Made by a program: the position numbers and the translations under genes
Part shown: piece by piece, positions 1 through 10,384 of the stretch
Numbering within the stretch: the stretch's first letter is position 1
Layout of the letters: every line of letters starts with the position of its first letter
Notes under the pieces: model-generated
Told to the model about the DNA's origin: nothing
What the model saw: only the letters and a program-made list of their open reading frames with translations
Databases searched by the model: none
Assembly: GCA_963793265.1 (NCBI GenBank)
Contig: CAWBZI010000006.1
Coordinates: 512,001-576,000 of the forward strand
Direction of reading: 5' to 3'
Source of the DNA: an uncultured cyanobacterium
Lineage (GTDB): Bacteria > Cyanobacteriota > Cyanobacteriia > Phormidesmidales > Phormidesmidaceae
DNA: 64,000 nucleotides

Positions 1-2
1 CC

Positions 3-710
3 AAATGCGGATATACCGTTTTTCACGACATTTTTAAAATGTGCCATTACGGTGTTCCTCAGACTCGTCGTCGGTTTGTGTTTGTCGCCTTTCGTGAGAC
101 TCCCCCGCCAGGATACGTTTTACCTCAGCCAGAGGCTCAAGCAACTTCAATTCGTCCTTTCTTGTTTGATCTAGGCAATGAGAAAGATAGTCTTACGCTT
201 CCTAACCATTCACCTTCCTGGGGATTTAGTAGTTCAGTTCATGTCGAAACAGGCGAGCCTTTTGATGATTCTGAAGTTATTTTACCTGTGCGGTTCTCAA
301 GAACGGCATCGGATGGAAACCCGGTAAGAAGCTACGATACCCCTTTTCCGGCTATAGATACTGCAACCGTCTGGGGTTGGGCTCAAGGCAATATTGAAGC
401 TGTGCGCAAAGCAAAGGATCGTGTGAACGGGAAACACATCCGCAATCCAAAGGCAAAGGTTACGCTATGGCGGATATCGGCTTCGCGCCTCCGCGCCTTT
501 ACGCATCGTGAGTATGCGCGCCTGCAAACGTTCCCTGACGACTGGGCGTTTCTAGGCGCTAACAAACGTGATATTCATAAGCAAATAGGCAATGCTGTGC
601 CGGTTGAGTTTGCTAAGCGCCTTGCTGAAAACATATCAGAAGCGCTCAACTGTATTGACACTGGCACTAGCTTTTCAAGCCAGAATCAGCAAATGCTTCT
701 GTTTGCCTGA
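3..710 (+). CDS. DNA (cytosine-5) methyltransferase, C-terminal part (5' end lies outside the window)
   Basis: Motif VIII YGVPQTRRRF and motifs IX/X REYARLQTFPDDW...QIGNAVP; frame is open back to the window edge. Confidence 0.9.
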   Translation, partial: KCGYTVFHDIFKMCHYGVPQTRRRFVFVAFRETPPPGYVLPQPEAQATSIRPFLFDLGNEKDSLTLPNHSPSWGFSSSVHVETGEPFDDSEVILPVRFSRTASDGNPVRSYDTPFPAIDTATVWGWAQGNIEAVRKAKDRVNGKHIRNPKAKVTLWRISASRLRAFTHREYARLQTFPDDWAFLGANKRDIHKQIGNAVPVEFAKRLAENISEALNCIDTGTSFSSQNQQMLLFA

Positions 711-721
711 ATTAATTTTGT

Positions 722-1489
722 CTACGGAGACATATCCATCTGAATTGCCCGGCTGTTCAATTGTTGTAAAGGGCGATTGTTGTGATTAAGTAGCTTCTTA
801 TAGCCGTCAATTTCCGCTGCACTCAGGCTAACTGGCTCGGTCATAACCAACCACGTCACCGATTCTGAGCAGGGTGGGGTCGTCAGCGAACCGCTATAGC
901 GATAAGTTGTTGTTTTATTCGGCAACAGATTTTGCGCATTGATAGTTTGTTGCGTACGAATTCTATCGCCCGCTTTGGTAGGCAGGCTTTGGCTCAGCGA
1001 CGCATATTCAACAGTGCCATTAACATCATCTGTCTGTAGCAAGACAGCAACCACAGCCAAATCACCCTCATCGCTTTGATGAACTAGATGTAGTTCTGCG
1101 TCCCATGGTTTGCCTTCTACGGCATGTTCGCTTGGGCTGTGAAAGTGGAACTGAAGTAGGTTGTAGCGATCGCCTTCGAGGATAATATAGCTACCGGGCG
1201 CGTAAGGCACCTTAACAGTGTGGCCGTTATTTAGGATGTTGAGCGGCACGGGCTCGTAGTGAAAGTCAGGGTTAGTGAGATCTGCGAATTCAGCGGCGGT
1301 GAGATTAATCGGGGATTGGCCTTTGCCGCTGGCGCAGGCTTTAAAGGTGGGGTCTAGCTCGGCCCAATGGTCGGGGCCAGTGGCGGACTGGTAAGTCCAG
1401 GGGGTTTCAGGTGTAGCGATCGCAGGCGAGCTAATACCGAACCATAAGTAGAAGAATAAGACCGCAATACAAGCCTTGATTATGCACAT
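722..1489 (-). CDS. Alpha-class carbonic anhydrase, secreted
   Basis: Signal peptide, QSPIN, QFHFHSPSEH, ELHLVH, YSGSLTTPPCSE. Confidence 0.95.
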   Translation of the reverse strand: MCIIKACIAVLFFYLWFGISSPAIATPETPWTYQSATGPDHWAELDPTFKACASGKGQSPINLTAAEFADLTNPDFHYEPVPLNILNNGHTVKVPYAPGSYIILEGDRYNLLQFHFHSPSEHAVEGKPWDAELHLVHQSDEGDLAVVAVLLQTDDVNGTVEYASLSQSLPTKAGDRIRTQQTINAQNLLPNKTTTYRYSGSLTTPPCSESVTWLVMTEPVSLSAAEIDGYKKLLNHNNRPLQQLNSRAIQMDMSP

Positions 1490-1596
1490 AAACGATAGCG
1501 AAAAACTTGCTGATGCCTGAGAGAATATCCTATCTGGAGATACTTTGGGGGCAATAGAAAACGAACCTTAAAGTTCTAGAATTCTCTCAATCTTCT

Positions 1597-2325
1597 TCAG
1601 AGCACGTTGTTAGAAAGGGCGTAGGCAAGTCCGGCCTGTTGAGCTTGGGTGAGCTGAGTGAAGCCGAAGCTAGCGAGGGCCACAGGCTCAATAGCGCTGT
1701 CGGTGGCAATGATAGTTTCCCCCTCGCTGGTTTGTAAGTGTCCTGTGCCCTTACGACTGCTGACGGTGTAGGGTTCGGCTTTGCCTGCTGCTACGGTGTA
1801 GCCGTCTTCAGTGGCTTTGAGGTCGTAGATGGCGCTGCCGCCAGCACGAGAGAGGGTGGCGTTGCCGTTGTCTTCGCGGCGGAAGGTGAAGAGGGTTTTG
1901 CTGCGCTTGGGGTTTTCGATGTGCCAGGCGTTTTCGCGGCGGGCGATGTAGCCAACGGTTTTGTTGTTGATGTCGTTGAGCTGAATGGAGCCATCGCCTT
2001 TTATGATGAGGCTGGTGATGACTTTGCCGCTGCGGTCGATGAGCTTACCGCCAGTTGGCTTGAACTGAAGCGAAAATTCGGGGGTGCCGTCAGCTTCACG
2101 AAAGATAATTTTGTGAGAGGGGAGGCCCGATTGAAAAGAGGGGGTGGTGCCTTCGCGGGGCTCTTTGGTGGCTGGCTCTTTTGTTTCTGCTTCTGCGTCT
2201 AAGGCTGAAGAAGGTGTGGTGGAGAGGGTGCTTTCTTCGAGCAGTTGGGGTTGGGACTGGCAGGCTGTGAGTAAAAGGGTAGTGGCGAGGCTGATGTAGC
2301 TGAGCGATCGCAATAATTCGGTCAT
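1597..2325 (-). CDS. Hypothetical lipoprotein
   Basis: Lipobox LLLTAC after a hydrophobic N-terminus; ATG at 2325 chosen as start. Confidence 0.7.
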   Translation of the reverse strand: MTELLRSLSYISLATTLLLTACQSQPQLLEESTLSTTPSSALDAEAETKEPATKEPREGTTPSFQSGLPSHKIIFREADGTPEFSLQFKPTGGKLIDRSGKVITSLIIKGDGSIQLNDINNKTVGYIARRENAWHIENPKRSKTLFTFRREDNGNATLSRAGGSAIYDLKATEDGYTVAAGKAEPYTVSSRKGTGHLQTSEGETIIATDSAIEPVALASFGFTQLTQAQQAGLAYALSNNVL

Positions 2326-2429
2326 AATTTTCGGTAATCTACTAACGGCCTGCAAAGCGACTTTTTCATGAGATTTGGCTAAGTACGATTTGCTGTGAAA
2401 CGCTGGTTTTTATACCGAGATCCTATCCT

Positions 2430-3134
2430 ATGGCTTCAGCAAATAGTCAATTTGAAGCGCAGCCGTTCTTGCATACGACGCCTACAGAGGCCGTAGCGCA
2501 GTTAATACATAAGTCTGTGACGATTAGCAACAAAACCTTTGAAATCGCCTATCCGGGCAATGCCGATCGCCTGTTAGATCATCCTAGTACGCACGATGCC
2601 TTTGCAGCAGATGAGTATATGCCTTATTGGGCGGAGCTGTGGCCGTCTTCGCAGATGTTGGGGGAGGTGCTGCTGGGCTCTGAGCAGGATTTGCCGAGCG
2701 GGACGGTGCTGGAAATTGGCTGTGGGGTGGGGCTGGCAGGGGTGGTGGCGCTGTCTTTGGGGCGGCACGTAATTTTTAGCGATTACGATGCGACGGCGGT
2801 GGACTTTGCGGCGAATAATGCTAGGGCTAATGGCTTTGATGATTTTGAAAGGATGCCTATGGACTGGCGGGTGCCGCCGGAGCTGAAGGTGCCGGTTATT
2901 TTGGCGGCGGATGTGATTTATGAGGAGCGGAATGTTGCACCGCTGATTGCATTTGTTCAGGCGGTGTTAGCGCCGGGTGGGGTGTGTCTGCTGAGTGACC
3001 CGGATCGCTCTACGAAGGGCGGATTTCGGTTTGCGCTGAAGCAGGCTGGGATGAGTTTTGCACGGCAGGCGGTGAGTGCGCCGGGGCCGGAGGGGCGGGT
3101 GGTTGAGGGGTCGGTTTATTGGATTAGGGGGTAG
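2430..3134 (+). CDS. Class I SAM-dependent methyltransferase (METTL21/nicotinamide N-methylase-like)
   Basis: PYWAELWPSS, VLEIGCGVG, ADVIYE. Confidence 0.85.
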   Translation: MASANSQFEAQPFLHTTPTEAVAQLIHKSVTISNKTFEIAYPGNADRLLDHPSTHDAFAADEYMPYWAELWPSSQMLGEVLLGSEQDLPSGTVLEIGCGVGLAGVVALSLGRHVIFSDYDATAVDFAANNARANGFDDFERMPMDWRVPPELKVPVILAADVIYEERNVAPLIAFVQAVLAPGGVCLLSDPDRSTKGGFRFALKQAGMSFARQAVSAPGPEGRVVEGSVYWIRG

Positions 3135-3149
3135 GCGTTTGATGATTGA

Positions 3150-4103
3150 TTAGCGCTTGTTTGCTTGAGAGGCGATCGCAGGCTTTTTCAACACTCTGAA
3201 AATGATGAACGAAAAAATTAGCAGCAGCAGGGCAGTGAAAAACAACGCGGCGAAGCTTACACCGACGCTGGCAATGCTGAAGATGGCGGGAGCAGGTAGC
3301 ACGCTGTCGGGGCTGGTGACGAAGAGGAAAATAGCGATGTTATTGGCCGCGTGAACGCCTAGCGCCAGTTCTAGGGTTTTGTCTTTGACGGTGAGCCAGG
3401 CTAAAAAAGCGCCGATGAGAAAGTAGTAGCCCATGAGGCTTAGGGTGCTTTCGAGGTCTGCTTGGGCGGCGACTTCTGGATTGCTGCTGTGGAGGGCGGC
3501 GAAAAGGGTGGCGGTAAGTAGGATGGCTGTCCATTTGCCAAATTTACTGCCGATGCCCTGGAGCAGGTAGCCCCGGCAAAAGAGTTCTTCGGCGGCGATT
3601 TGGATGGGGGTGAGCAGCAGTACCCAGATGAGGAATATAAAGAAGATTCTGGGCTCGAAGATGAGGGTGAAGTCTTGCGGGGCCAGGGCGTAGCTGATGC
3701 CCAGTTCGATTAGCTTGAGGATGAAGAATACGCTGAAGCCCTGACCGATGCGCCGCCAGTTGATGCGATCGCCCGGCGTGATCAGTGAAAGCAGCGATCG
3801 CCCATGCAAAGACCGAACCGACCAGTCAATACCCAGAATAAAAACGAAAAATGCCAGATTGGCAGCGATAAAAAAGAGTGTCGAGCTAACGCCTGTAAAC
3901 GGAAGCTCTCCCGACACAATTTCGTCAGCCGCGAGCAGCCTGGAGGCAGGGTTGCCATCAGCTTGAACGTAAATGAACAGGAACGCCCAGCTAAGAAGCC
4001 CTCCCGGAATAATGAAGGCAAATAGCGACAGCGCCGAGCCTGCTAAGTACCGCCAGCTCTCGTTTTTACCTCGGCGGGCAATCTCAAAAAACGGATTTAT
4101 CAT
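3150..4103 (-). CDS. CPBP (CAAX/Abi) family intramembrane glutamic endopeptidase
   Basis: EELFCRGY, FAALH, HAANN motifs; multiple TM segments. Confidence 0.9.
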   Translation of the reverse strand: MINPFFEIARRGKNESWRYLAGSALSLFAFIIPGGLLSWAFLFIYVQADGNPASRLLAADEIVSGELPFTGVSSTLFFIAANLAFFVFILGIDWSVRSLHGRSLLSLITPGDRINWRRIGQGFSVFFILKLIELGISYALAPQDFTLIFEPRIFFIFLIWVLLLTPIQIAAEELFCRGYLLQGIGSKFGKWTAILLTATLFAALHSSNPEVAAQADLESTLSLMGYYFLIGAFLAWLTVKDKTLELALGVHAANNIAIFLFVTSPDSVLPAPAIFSIASVGVSFAALFFTALLLLIFSFIIFRVLKKPAIASQANKR

Positions 4104-4127
4104 AGGCGCTTGACTTAAACGGTGAAT

Positions 4128-6077
4128 TTAAACGACGGCTCTAATCTGAGCAATTTCGCGCTCGGTTTGTAGCTTTTGAATGCGGCCTACGGTGCCTTCA
4201 GGAATCGCAGCAATCAGCTTTTGCGTATACTCACGGCGCGGGCGACGGTAGATTTCTTCGGCGGGGCCAATTTCTTCAATACGACCTTGGTTCATCACCA
4301 TGATGCGATCGCTCATAAACTTCACCACGCCCAAATCGTGAGAGATAAAGATATAGGTCAGCTTAAACTCAGCCTGCAATTCTTTGAGTAAGTTCAACAC
4401 CTGCGCCTGCACAGATACGTCTAGCGCTGAAACAGACTCATCGCAAATGATGAACTTAGGGTTGAGCGCTAAGGCTCTGGCGATGCAAACCCGCTGCCGC
4501 TGACCACCTGAGAACTCGTGCGGATAGCGGTTAATCGCCCGAGGGTCAAGGCCGACGCGATCAAGTAGGTATTCGATACGCTCTTTGAGGTTGCGTTTGC
4601 CGCGTAGGGTGTTGTGAATTTTGAGCGGTTCTGCGATCGCCGCCCCAATACTCATCCGAGGATTCAACGAACTGTACGGATCTTGGAAAATAATCTGCAT
4701 CTCGCGCCGACGCTTGCGCAGTTGACCGCCGCGAAGCCGGGTCAAATCGCGCCCTTCAAACCACACGCGCCCGTCCATTGGTTTGATCAGTTGGAGGAGC
4801 GATCGCCCCAAAGTCGTCTTACCACAGCCCGACTCGCCTACTAACCCAAAGGTTTCACCCGTATACACCTTAAAAGACACATCATTCACGGCCATCACAT
4901 AGCGATCGACCCCGCCAAACACGCCTTTCACTGGAAAGCCAACCTTTAAATTATCAACTGTGAGCAGCGGGCCTTTATCTTCCAAGGCTTCCAGGCGAAT
5001 CTGCATTTCGCGCGGGCTAATTTCAGTCACCGGGGGCAGGCCGGGGCCGTAGTCGTCTTGAGGCTTGGCGCGGATGATCACATTGCCTTCAGCGTCGGGC
5101 ACTTCTTCCATGTAGTCGGAAACGGTAGAAAGATGCCGAAGCCGACGATCGGGCTGCGGGCGGCAGGCTAAAAGGCCGCGCGTGTAGGGATGGCTAGGAT
5201 CTTCAAATATTTGCAGCACCGAGCCGGTTTCAACCACGTTGCCCTGATACATCACGGCCACCTGATCGGCAATTTCAGCGATGATGCCAAGGTCGTGCGT
5301 GATGAAAATCATCGACATGCCCCGGCGATCGCGCAGCTCCCGCAGCAAATCTAAAATCGTGGCCTGCACCGTCACATCTAAAGCCGTCGTCGGCTCGTCG
5401 GCAATCAGCAGCGAGGGATTTGAGGAAATCGCCATGGCGATCATCAGGCGCTGAAGCTGACCGCCCGAGAGCTGGTGGGGATAGCGGTCTAGGAGCGATC
5501 GCTTACGCCTTTTAGCCTCACGGTTAATCACACTAATATTATCGGTGCCCAGCTCTTCACTAAGCTGCTCGTATAGCTCAGCGTCACTCGGCAGCAGCTT
5601 CACCTCCTGAAGCTGCGACAGGGCCAAATCCCGCGCGGCCCGCTTAGAAATTCTCTGGTGCTGCCTGATCGCCTCAACGAGCTGAAACCCGCAGGTATAC
5701 ACCGGGTTTAGCGAACTCATCGGCTCCTGGAAAATCATCGCGATTTGGCCACCACGATAGCGCCGGAGCTTACGCTTAGGCACTTTTCGCAGGTCAATCG
5801 GCTCTTTGGCATCTCGCTCTGTAAATAGAATTTTTCCGCCTGTGACCTCCCCCGGCGGGCTGGGCACCAGTCCCATTACCGCCAGCGACGTAACCGATTT
5901 ACCCGAGCCTGATTCGCCCACAATGCCGATGGTCTGCCCGCGCTGAAGCGTAAACGACACGTCATCTACGGCCCGAACGCTCTGCTGCGTGCTGTCGCCA
6001 TCGGTGGCAAATTCAACGGTGAGGTTCTGAACCTCTAAAATAATGTCGCTGGGTGTATCGTTGGGAGTGTCATTCAT
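4128..6077 (-). CDS. Peptide/nickel ABC transporter ATP-binding protein with two ATPase domains
   Basis: Two Walker A ([16 protein letters not shown]), two signature motifs (LSGGQ, FSGGQ); start could be 6077 or 6101. Confidence 0.93.
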   Translation of the reverse strand: MNDTPNDTPSDIILEVQNLTVEFATDGDSTQQSVRAVDDVSFTLQRGQTIGIVGESGSGKSVTSLAVMGLVPSPPGEVTGGKILFTERDAKEPIDLRKVPKRKLRRYRGGQIAMIFQEPMSSLNPVYTCGFQLVEAIRQHQRISKRAARDLALSQLQEVKLLPSDAELYEQLSEELGTDNISVINREAKRRKRSLLDRYPHQLSGGQLQRLMIAMAISSNPSLLIADEPTTALDVTVQATILDLLRELRDRRGMSMIFITHDLGIIAEIADQVAVMYQGNVVETGSVLQIFEDPSHPYTRGLLACRPQPDRRLRHLSTVSDYMEEVPDAEGNVIIRAKPQDDYGPGLPPVTEISPREMQIRLEALEDKGPLLTVDNLKVGFPVKGVFGGVDRYVMAVNDVSFKVYTGETFGLVGESGCGKTTLGRSLLQLIKPMDGRVWFEGRDLTRLRGGQLRKRRREMQIIFQDPYSSLNPRMSIGAAIAEPLKIHNTLRGKRNLKERIEYLLDRVGLDPRAINRYPHEFSGGQRQRVCIARALALNPKFIICDESVSALDVSVQAQVLNLLKELQAEFKLTYIFISHDLGVVKFMSDRIMVMNQGRIEEIGPAEEIYRRPRREYTQKLIAAIPEGTVGRIQKLQTEREIAQIRAVV

Positions 6078-6167
6078 AGTGATGGAGGCAGCAGTGACCA
6101 AAGCTAGAACTCAACCGGTACAATTAGCAAGCATCATATCAGTGTTGAGCAGAATCGCTCACCATTT

Positions 6168-7271
6168 TTGTCCTTACTAATGACTCAACTTGCGATCGCT
6201 GTTTTCATCGTTATCATCGGCTCGGCCCTGTGTTCTGGCATCGAAACAGCGCTCCTCTCCATTCCACTCCTCAAGGCCAGACAGCTCACCCAAACGCAGC
6301 CCAGTCCAGCCGCTACAGCTCTGCTTTCTATTCGCCAGCATGTCAGCCGCCCGATTGCGACCATTGTCATTCTCAACAACATTTTCAACATTGTTGGCAG
6401 TATTGTAGTCGGTCGGCTCGCGGCGACTGTATTTGACAATACCGGCCTTGGTATATTTTCAGCCGGGCTCACCTTTGCCATCATTTTGTTTGCCGAAATT
6501 CTGCCTAAGACGGTAGGCGAACGCTACGCAGAAAACATTGGTCTGATGGTGGCGATTCCCGTTCGCGGGGCGACGTTTTTTTGCACGCCTTTGATCTGGC
6601 TGCTAGAGCGTATTACCGCGCCGTTGACCAAAGGCTCTCGTAAGCCGATTACTGATGAGTCAGAGATTAAGCTGCTGACGGTGCTGGGCTACCAGGAAGG
6701 GCTGATTGAAGATGACGAAGTGGAAATGATCGACCGGGTTTTTCGGCTGAATGACCTGAAGGCGGCTGATATTATGACGCCTCGGGTGGCGATTACCTTC
6801 ATTTCGGCAGAGTCAGTTCTACGCGATATTCAAGACGAGATTATTAAGTCGCAGCACACGCGGATTTTGGTGATTCAAGAAGACTTGGATCATGTGGTGG
6901 GCGTGGCGCTGAAGGCGGAGCTGCTGACGGCGCTGGTGCAAGGGCATGGCGATGTGCAAATTAAGAGCATTATGCGCCGGGTTCACTATGTCCCGGATAC
7001 TGAGCGCACCGATAAGCTGATTAAGACGTTTCAGTCTTTGCGGGAGCACCTGATGGTGGTGGTCGATGAGTATGGCGGCGTTTCGGGGGTGGTGACGCTT
7101 GAAGATACCCTGGAAGTGCTCACGGGCGAGATTGTGGATGAGACGGATCGCAACGTAGATCTTCAGGCGTTTGCGCGGCAAAGGCAGAAGCGGATTTTGC
7201 GGCGGAGTGGGTTTGTGAAAAAGAAGGTTGTGCACGAGCCGCTGTCGCCTGCTAGCTCGGGGATGGAATGA
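6168..7271 (+). CDS. CNNM (DUF21) + CBS domain protein (hemolysin/CorC-like)
   Basis: EILPK TM domain, DIMTPR, VVVDEYGGVSGVVTLED. Confidence 0.9.
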   Translation: MSLLMTQLAIAVFIVIIGSALCSGIETALLSIPLLKARQLTQTQPSPAATALLSIRQHVSRPIATIVILNNIFNIVGSIVVGRLAATVFDNTGLGIFSAGLTFAIILFAEILPKTVGERYAENIGLMVAIPVRGATFFCTPLIWLLERITAPLTKGSRKPITDESEIKLLTVLGYQEGLIEDDEVEMIDRVFRLNDLKAADIMTPRVAITFISAESVLRDIQDEIIKSQHTRILVIQEDLDHVVGVALKAELLTALVQGHGDVQIKSIMRRVHYVPDTERTDKLIKTFQSLREHLMVVVDEYGGVSGVVTLEDTLEVLTGEIVDETDRNVDLQAFARQRQKRILRRSGFVKKKVVHEPLSPASSGME

Positions 7272-8863
7272 GGCCAGGAATGAAGCTTTCTGCGACTAGC
7301 AAGGATGTTCTATTTCTCGTGGGCTGGTCGGGGCTGCTGATTGCAACGACGTTTGTGCAGCCAAGCTTGATGGCACATGACGAGGGGAATTTTGCGGCTG
7401 AGGCGCGGTTTATGGCGGAGTCGGGGCGGTGGGTGGCGCGGCTGTGGTGGGATCGTCCGGTGTATACGCATGGGATTATGCTGAACTGGCTGATGGTGCT
7501 GAGCTATAAGGTGTTTGGCATTTATGACTGGGCGGCGCGGTTGCCGAGTGCGATCGCTTGCGTCACCGCCGTTCTATTCACCTACGACATCAGCAAAATC
7601 ATCACGGGCAAACGCATCCTGGGCCTGCTCTCTGCGGCGCTGCTCATGCTGTTTCACCTGTGGTTCCAATACGGCCACTTGGGAACGCAGGACATGCTGC
7701 TGGTCTGCCTGGAACTGCTGGGCATTTGGAGCTTGCTAAAGGCCGAAGCGCAGCCGTCTAAAAGGATGATTTGGGGCTTTGTGAGCGGCTTGGTAATTGG
7801 GCTGGGCTTTCTCACCAAAAGCTTTATGATTTTGCTGCCTGCTGTGGCGCTGGTGCCGTATTTAGTTTTTCAACATCGCCGTCATCGGCATTTGACGAAT
7901 CCGGGTTTGTATATTGGCCTGGCGACGGGCTTGGGACTGGTGGGGCTGTGGCTGACGCTGAGCATTGCGCAGTATGGCGATGTGGTGATGTCCTCACTGT
8001 TTGGCAAAATTGGTGAGCTAGGCGCGAAGCCGTTTCATGCAGATGCGGGGCGGTTTTATTATTTTTGGAATATCCCGGCGAATGGGTTTCCCTGGCCGCT
8101 ATTTTCTGTGATTGGCGTTTGGTTTTGCTGGGGTGATCGCAAACAAACAAACCCCTATCGATGGCTGCTAATCTACCCGTTCATTTTGTTCGGCCTGCTG
8201 ACTTCGTTCTCAACGCGAACGCCGTATTACACCTTACAGCTCTATCCCTTTCTAGCCTTGTTTGGCGTGATCGCCCTCCACCGCATCGCCACTCAGCCTT
8301 TAAAGTGGCCAAGACGACTGCTTAGCATTGCCTTTGGCACACTAGCCTTTATGCTCGCCGCCGTCGCCCTCTTCGCATTATTAGCACCCGCGAGCGATCT
8401 TACGACAACCATCAGACCCTACGCGCCAATTGCTGTCATCTTAGGCTCAGGCTGGCTGTGCTTACCGTTTGTTGTCAACACACCGCGTAAGTGGCTAGCG
8501 ACCTGGCTATTGCCCGTTTGGCTAACGCTAGGCGCGGCTGGCATTACTGGACTATTTGGTAACTACAGCGCCGAATTTATGACCGACTTAGCGCAGACGC
8601 CTCAAGCAGCCCTCGCTCAGCCTATGGTCTTCATTACAGGTGATGACTGGCCAGATCCTGAAGCCCACAAAACGATGATTCTGTTGAGCTTTTACACGCC
8701 GCTACTGGGCGATCGCAACCCACCTACCCAGAACATCGTGCCGGGAACGTATGCCTGGCTCGCGCCAAACGCAGAGATAGACGCTTTGAAGTCTGAGCGA
8801 CCTTACGACACTATTACAGATGTTGAACAGTGGGAGCTAATTCGCTTTCTTGATTCGGAATGA
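7268..8863 (+). CDS. ArnT/PMT-like GT-C glycosyltransferase (family 39/83)
   Basis: HDEG motif, AARLPSA, GFLTKS, many TM helices. Confidence 0.85.
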   Translation: MRPGMKLSATSKDVLFLVGWSGLLIATTFVQPSLMAHDEGNFAAEARFMAESGRWVARLWWDRPVYTHGIMLNWLMVLSYKVFGIYDWAARLPSAIACVTAVLFTYDISKIITGKRILGLLSAALLMLFHLWFQYGHLGTQDMLLVCLELLGIWSLLKAEAQPSKRMIWGFVSGLVIGLGFLTKSFMILLPAVALVPYLVFQHRRHRHLTNPGLYIGLATGLGLVGLWLTLSIAQYGDVVMSSLFGKIGELGAKPFHADAGRFYYFWNIPANGFPWPLFSVIGVWFCWGDRKQTNPYRWLLIYPFILFGLLTSFSTRTPYYTLQLYPFLALFGVIALHRIATQPLKWPRRLLSIAFGTLAFMLAAVALFALLAPASDLTTTIRPYAPIAVILGSGWLCLPFVVNTPRKWLATWLLPVWLTLGAAGITGLFGNYSAEFMTDLAQTPQAALAQPMVFITGDDWPDPEAHKTMILLSFYTPLLGDRNPPTQNIVPGTYAWLAPNAEIDALKSERPYDTITDVEQWELIRFLDSE

Positions 8864-10353
8864 ACACTCTAAAGCAACCTATAAGTCGCTTTCCTCTGTT
8901 GTTTTTGACAGTGTTAGCGCTGGTGCCCCGGCTGCATAACCTGTACTCTCCTGTGATTGGGGTGCACTCGTGGCGACAGGCAGATACAGCAGCGATCGCC
9001 CGCAATTTCTACGAAGCTCCGCTTGGCCTCTCATCCTTCTTATATCCACAGGTAGACTGGGGCGGCGGTGGCTACGCTGAAACCGAATTCCCACTGTATC
9101 CCGCCTTAGTCAGCCTGCTCTACCGGCTGTTCGGCGCGAACGAAATCTATGCGCGCGGGCTTTCGGTCGTCTTCTCGGTCGCGGGGCTTTACTTTCTCTA
9201 TCGCCTGGTCACGCTCTTTTTTGGTCAGTCAGTAGCGTTCTGGTCGGCGCTGTTTTATGCAATTTTGCCGCTAAGCGTATTCTACGGACGCACGATACAG
9301 CCAGAGTCGCTGGTGGTGATGAGTAGCCTGGGTGGGCTTTACTTTTTTAAGCGGTGGCTGGGGTCTGAGAAGTGGGGAGATTTGGTGTTTTCTTGGGGGT
9401 TGGTTGCGATCGCTATTCTCCTAAAAGTCCTCCCGGTCATCTACCTCGGCCTTCCCCTCTTCTTCCTCGCCTTCATTAAATACAAAGCCAAACTCTTCCT
9501 CCGCTTAGACCTTTGGCTCTACGCCCTCGGTCTGCTCACCATCACCGCCGCCTGGTACATCCACGCCCACCAAATATTTCTAGATACCGGGCTCACCTTT
9601 GGCTTTTGGTCAGACGATACAGACCGCTATGAATGGGGGACGCTCTTATCCTTGCAATACTGGTCAGACATCATCTTTCGAGTAATGGTGCGTCATTTTG
9701 CCGTGTTGGGCTTTGTAACTGCCTTAATTGGCCTAACGTATCGCCGAACGAAAGCAGAAGATTGGTTCTGGGAAGTTGGGATTCTTGGTAGCTTTCTAGC
9801 AGGCGCACTGGCCCCCACTTCTAGCTATGTGCACGAGTACTATCAGCTCCCGGTGATGTTCTTTGGCGTGGTGTTTGTGGGCAAAGTGTTCGCGCGTGTG
9901 TTCGATACAAAACCGCTTCCTAAAAAATGGTATCGCCCGGCGCTCACGGCTGTGCTAGTGCTCACGCTCGTCACCGGCTCAGCAATTTACACCATCGACT
10001 ACATGTGGCCCGAGAATCCGAGCGAGTCTACGGTGTACAAACTGGCCGAGCAGGTGGAAAAGTACACGCCACCAGATGCTAAAGTGCTGACCACATCGGG
10101 CGGCGATCCCACGTTGTTGTATTTGGCGCATCGGCAGGGGTGGATGATTTCGCCAGTGGAGGTGACGCCTGAACGGTTAGAGGCTGCTGCGGGTGATGGT
10201 GCTAGTTTTTTTGTGGGGAGTTATGAGATTGTTCAAAGCTATGCTGAGTTTGCAGATGATAGTCAAAAAGAGACTATTCGCCAGCTCTTGAGTGAAGGGC
10301 CGATGCCGCTTGTAAATAATGATTCTGTTTTCATCGTGCCCTTGAACCGTTAA
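8860..10353 (+). CDS. Second ArnT/PMT-like GT-C glycosyltransferase
   Basis: HSWRQADTAAIARNF, EFPLYP, multi-TM; 4-bp overlap with the upstream gene. Confidence 0.85.
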   Translation: MNTLKQPISRFPLLFLTVLALVPRLHNLYSPVIGVHSWRQADTAAIARNFYEAPLGLSSFLYPQVDWGGGGYAETEFPLYPALVSLLYRLFGANEIYARGLSVVFSVAGLYFLYRLVTLFFGQSVAFWSALFYAILPLSVFYGRTIQPESLVVMSSLGGLYFFKRWLGSEKWGDLVFSWGLVAIAILLKVLPVIYLGLPLFFLAFIKYKAKLFLRLDLWLYALGLLTITAAWYIHAHQIFLDTGLTFGFWSDDTDRYEWGTLLSLQYWSDIIFRVMVRHFAVLGFVTALIGLTYRRTKAEDWFWEVGILGSFLAGALAPTSSYVHEYYQLPVMFFGVVFVGKVFARVFDTKPLPKKWYRPALTAVLVLTLVTGSAIYTIDYMWPENPSESTVYKLAEQVEKYTPPDAKVLTTSGGDPTLLYLAHRQGWMISPVEVTPERLEAAAGDGASFFVGSYEIVQSYAEFADDSQKETIRQLLSEGPMPLVNNDSVFIVPLNR

Positions 10354-10384
10354 ACCGTTTGCTCTTTTTCCTCCTAGCCTTACC

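Noticed and set aside
5500..5600. Intein or mobile insert in the ABC ATPase
   Set aside because: Short helical insertion without intein motifs or repeats
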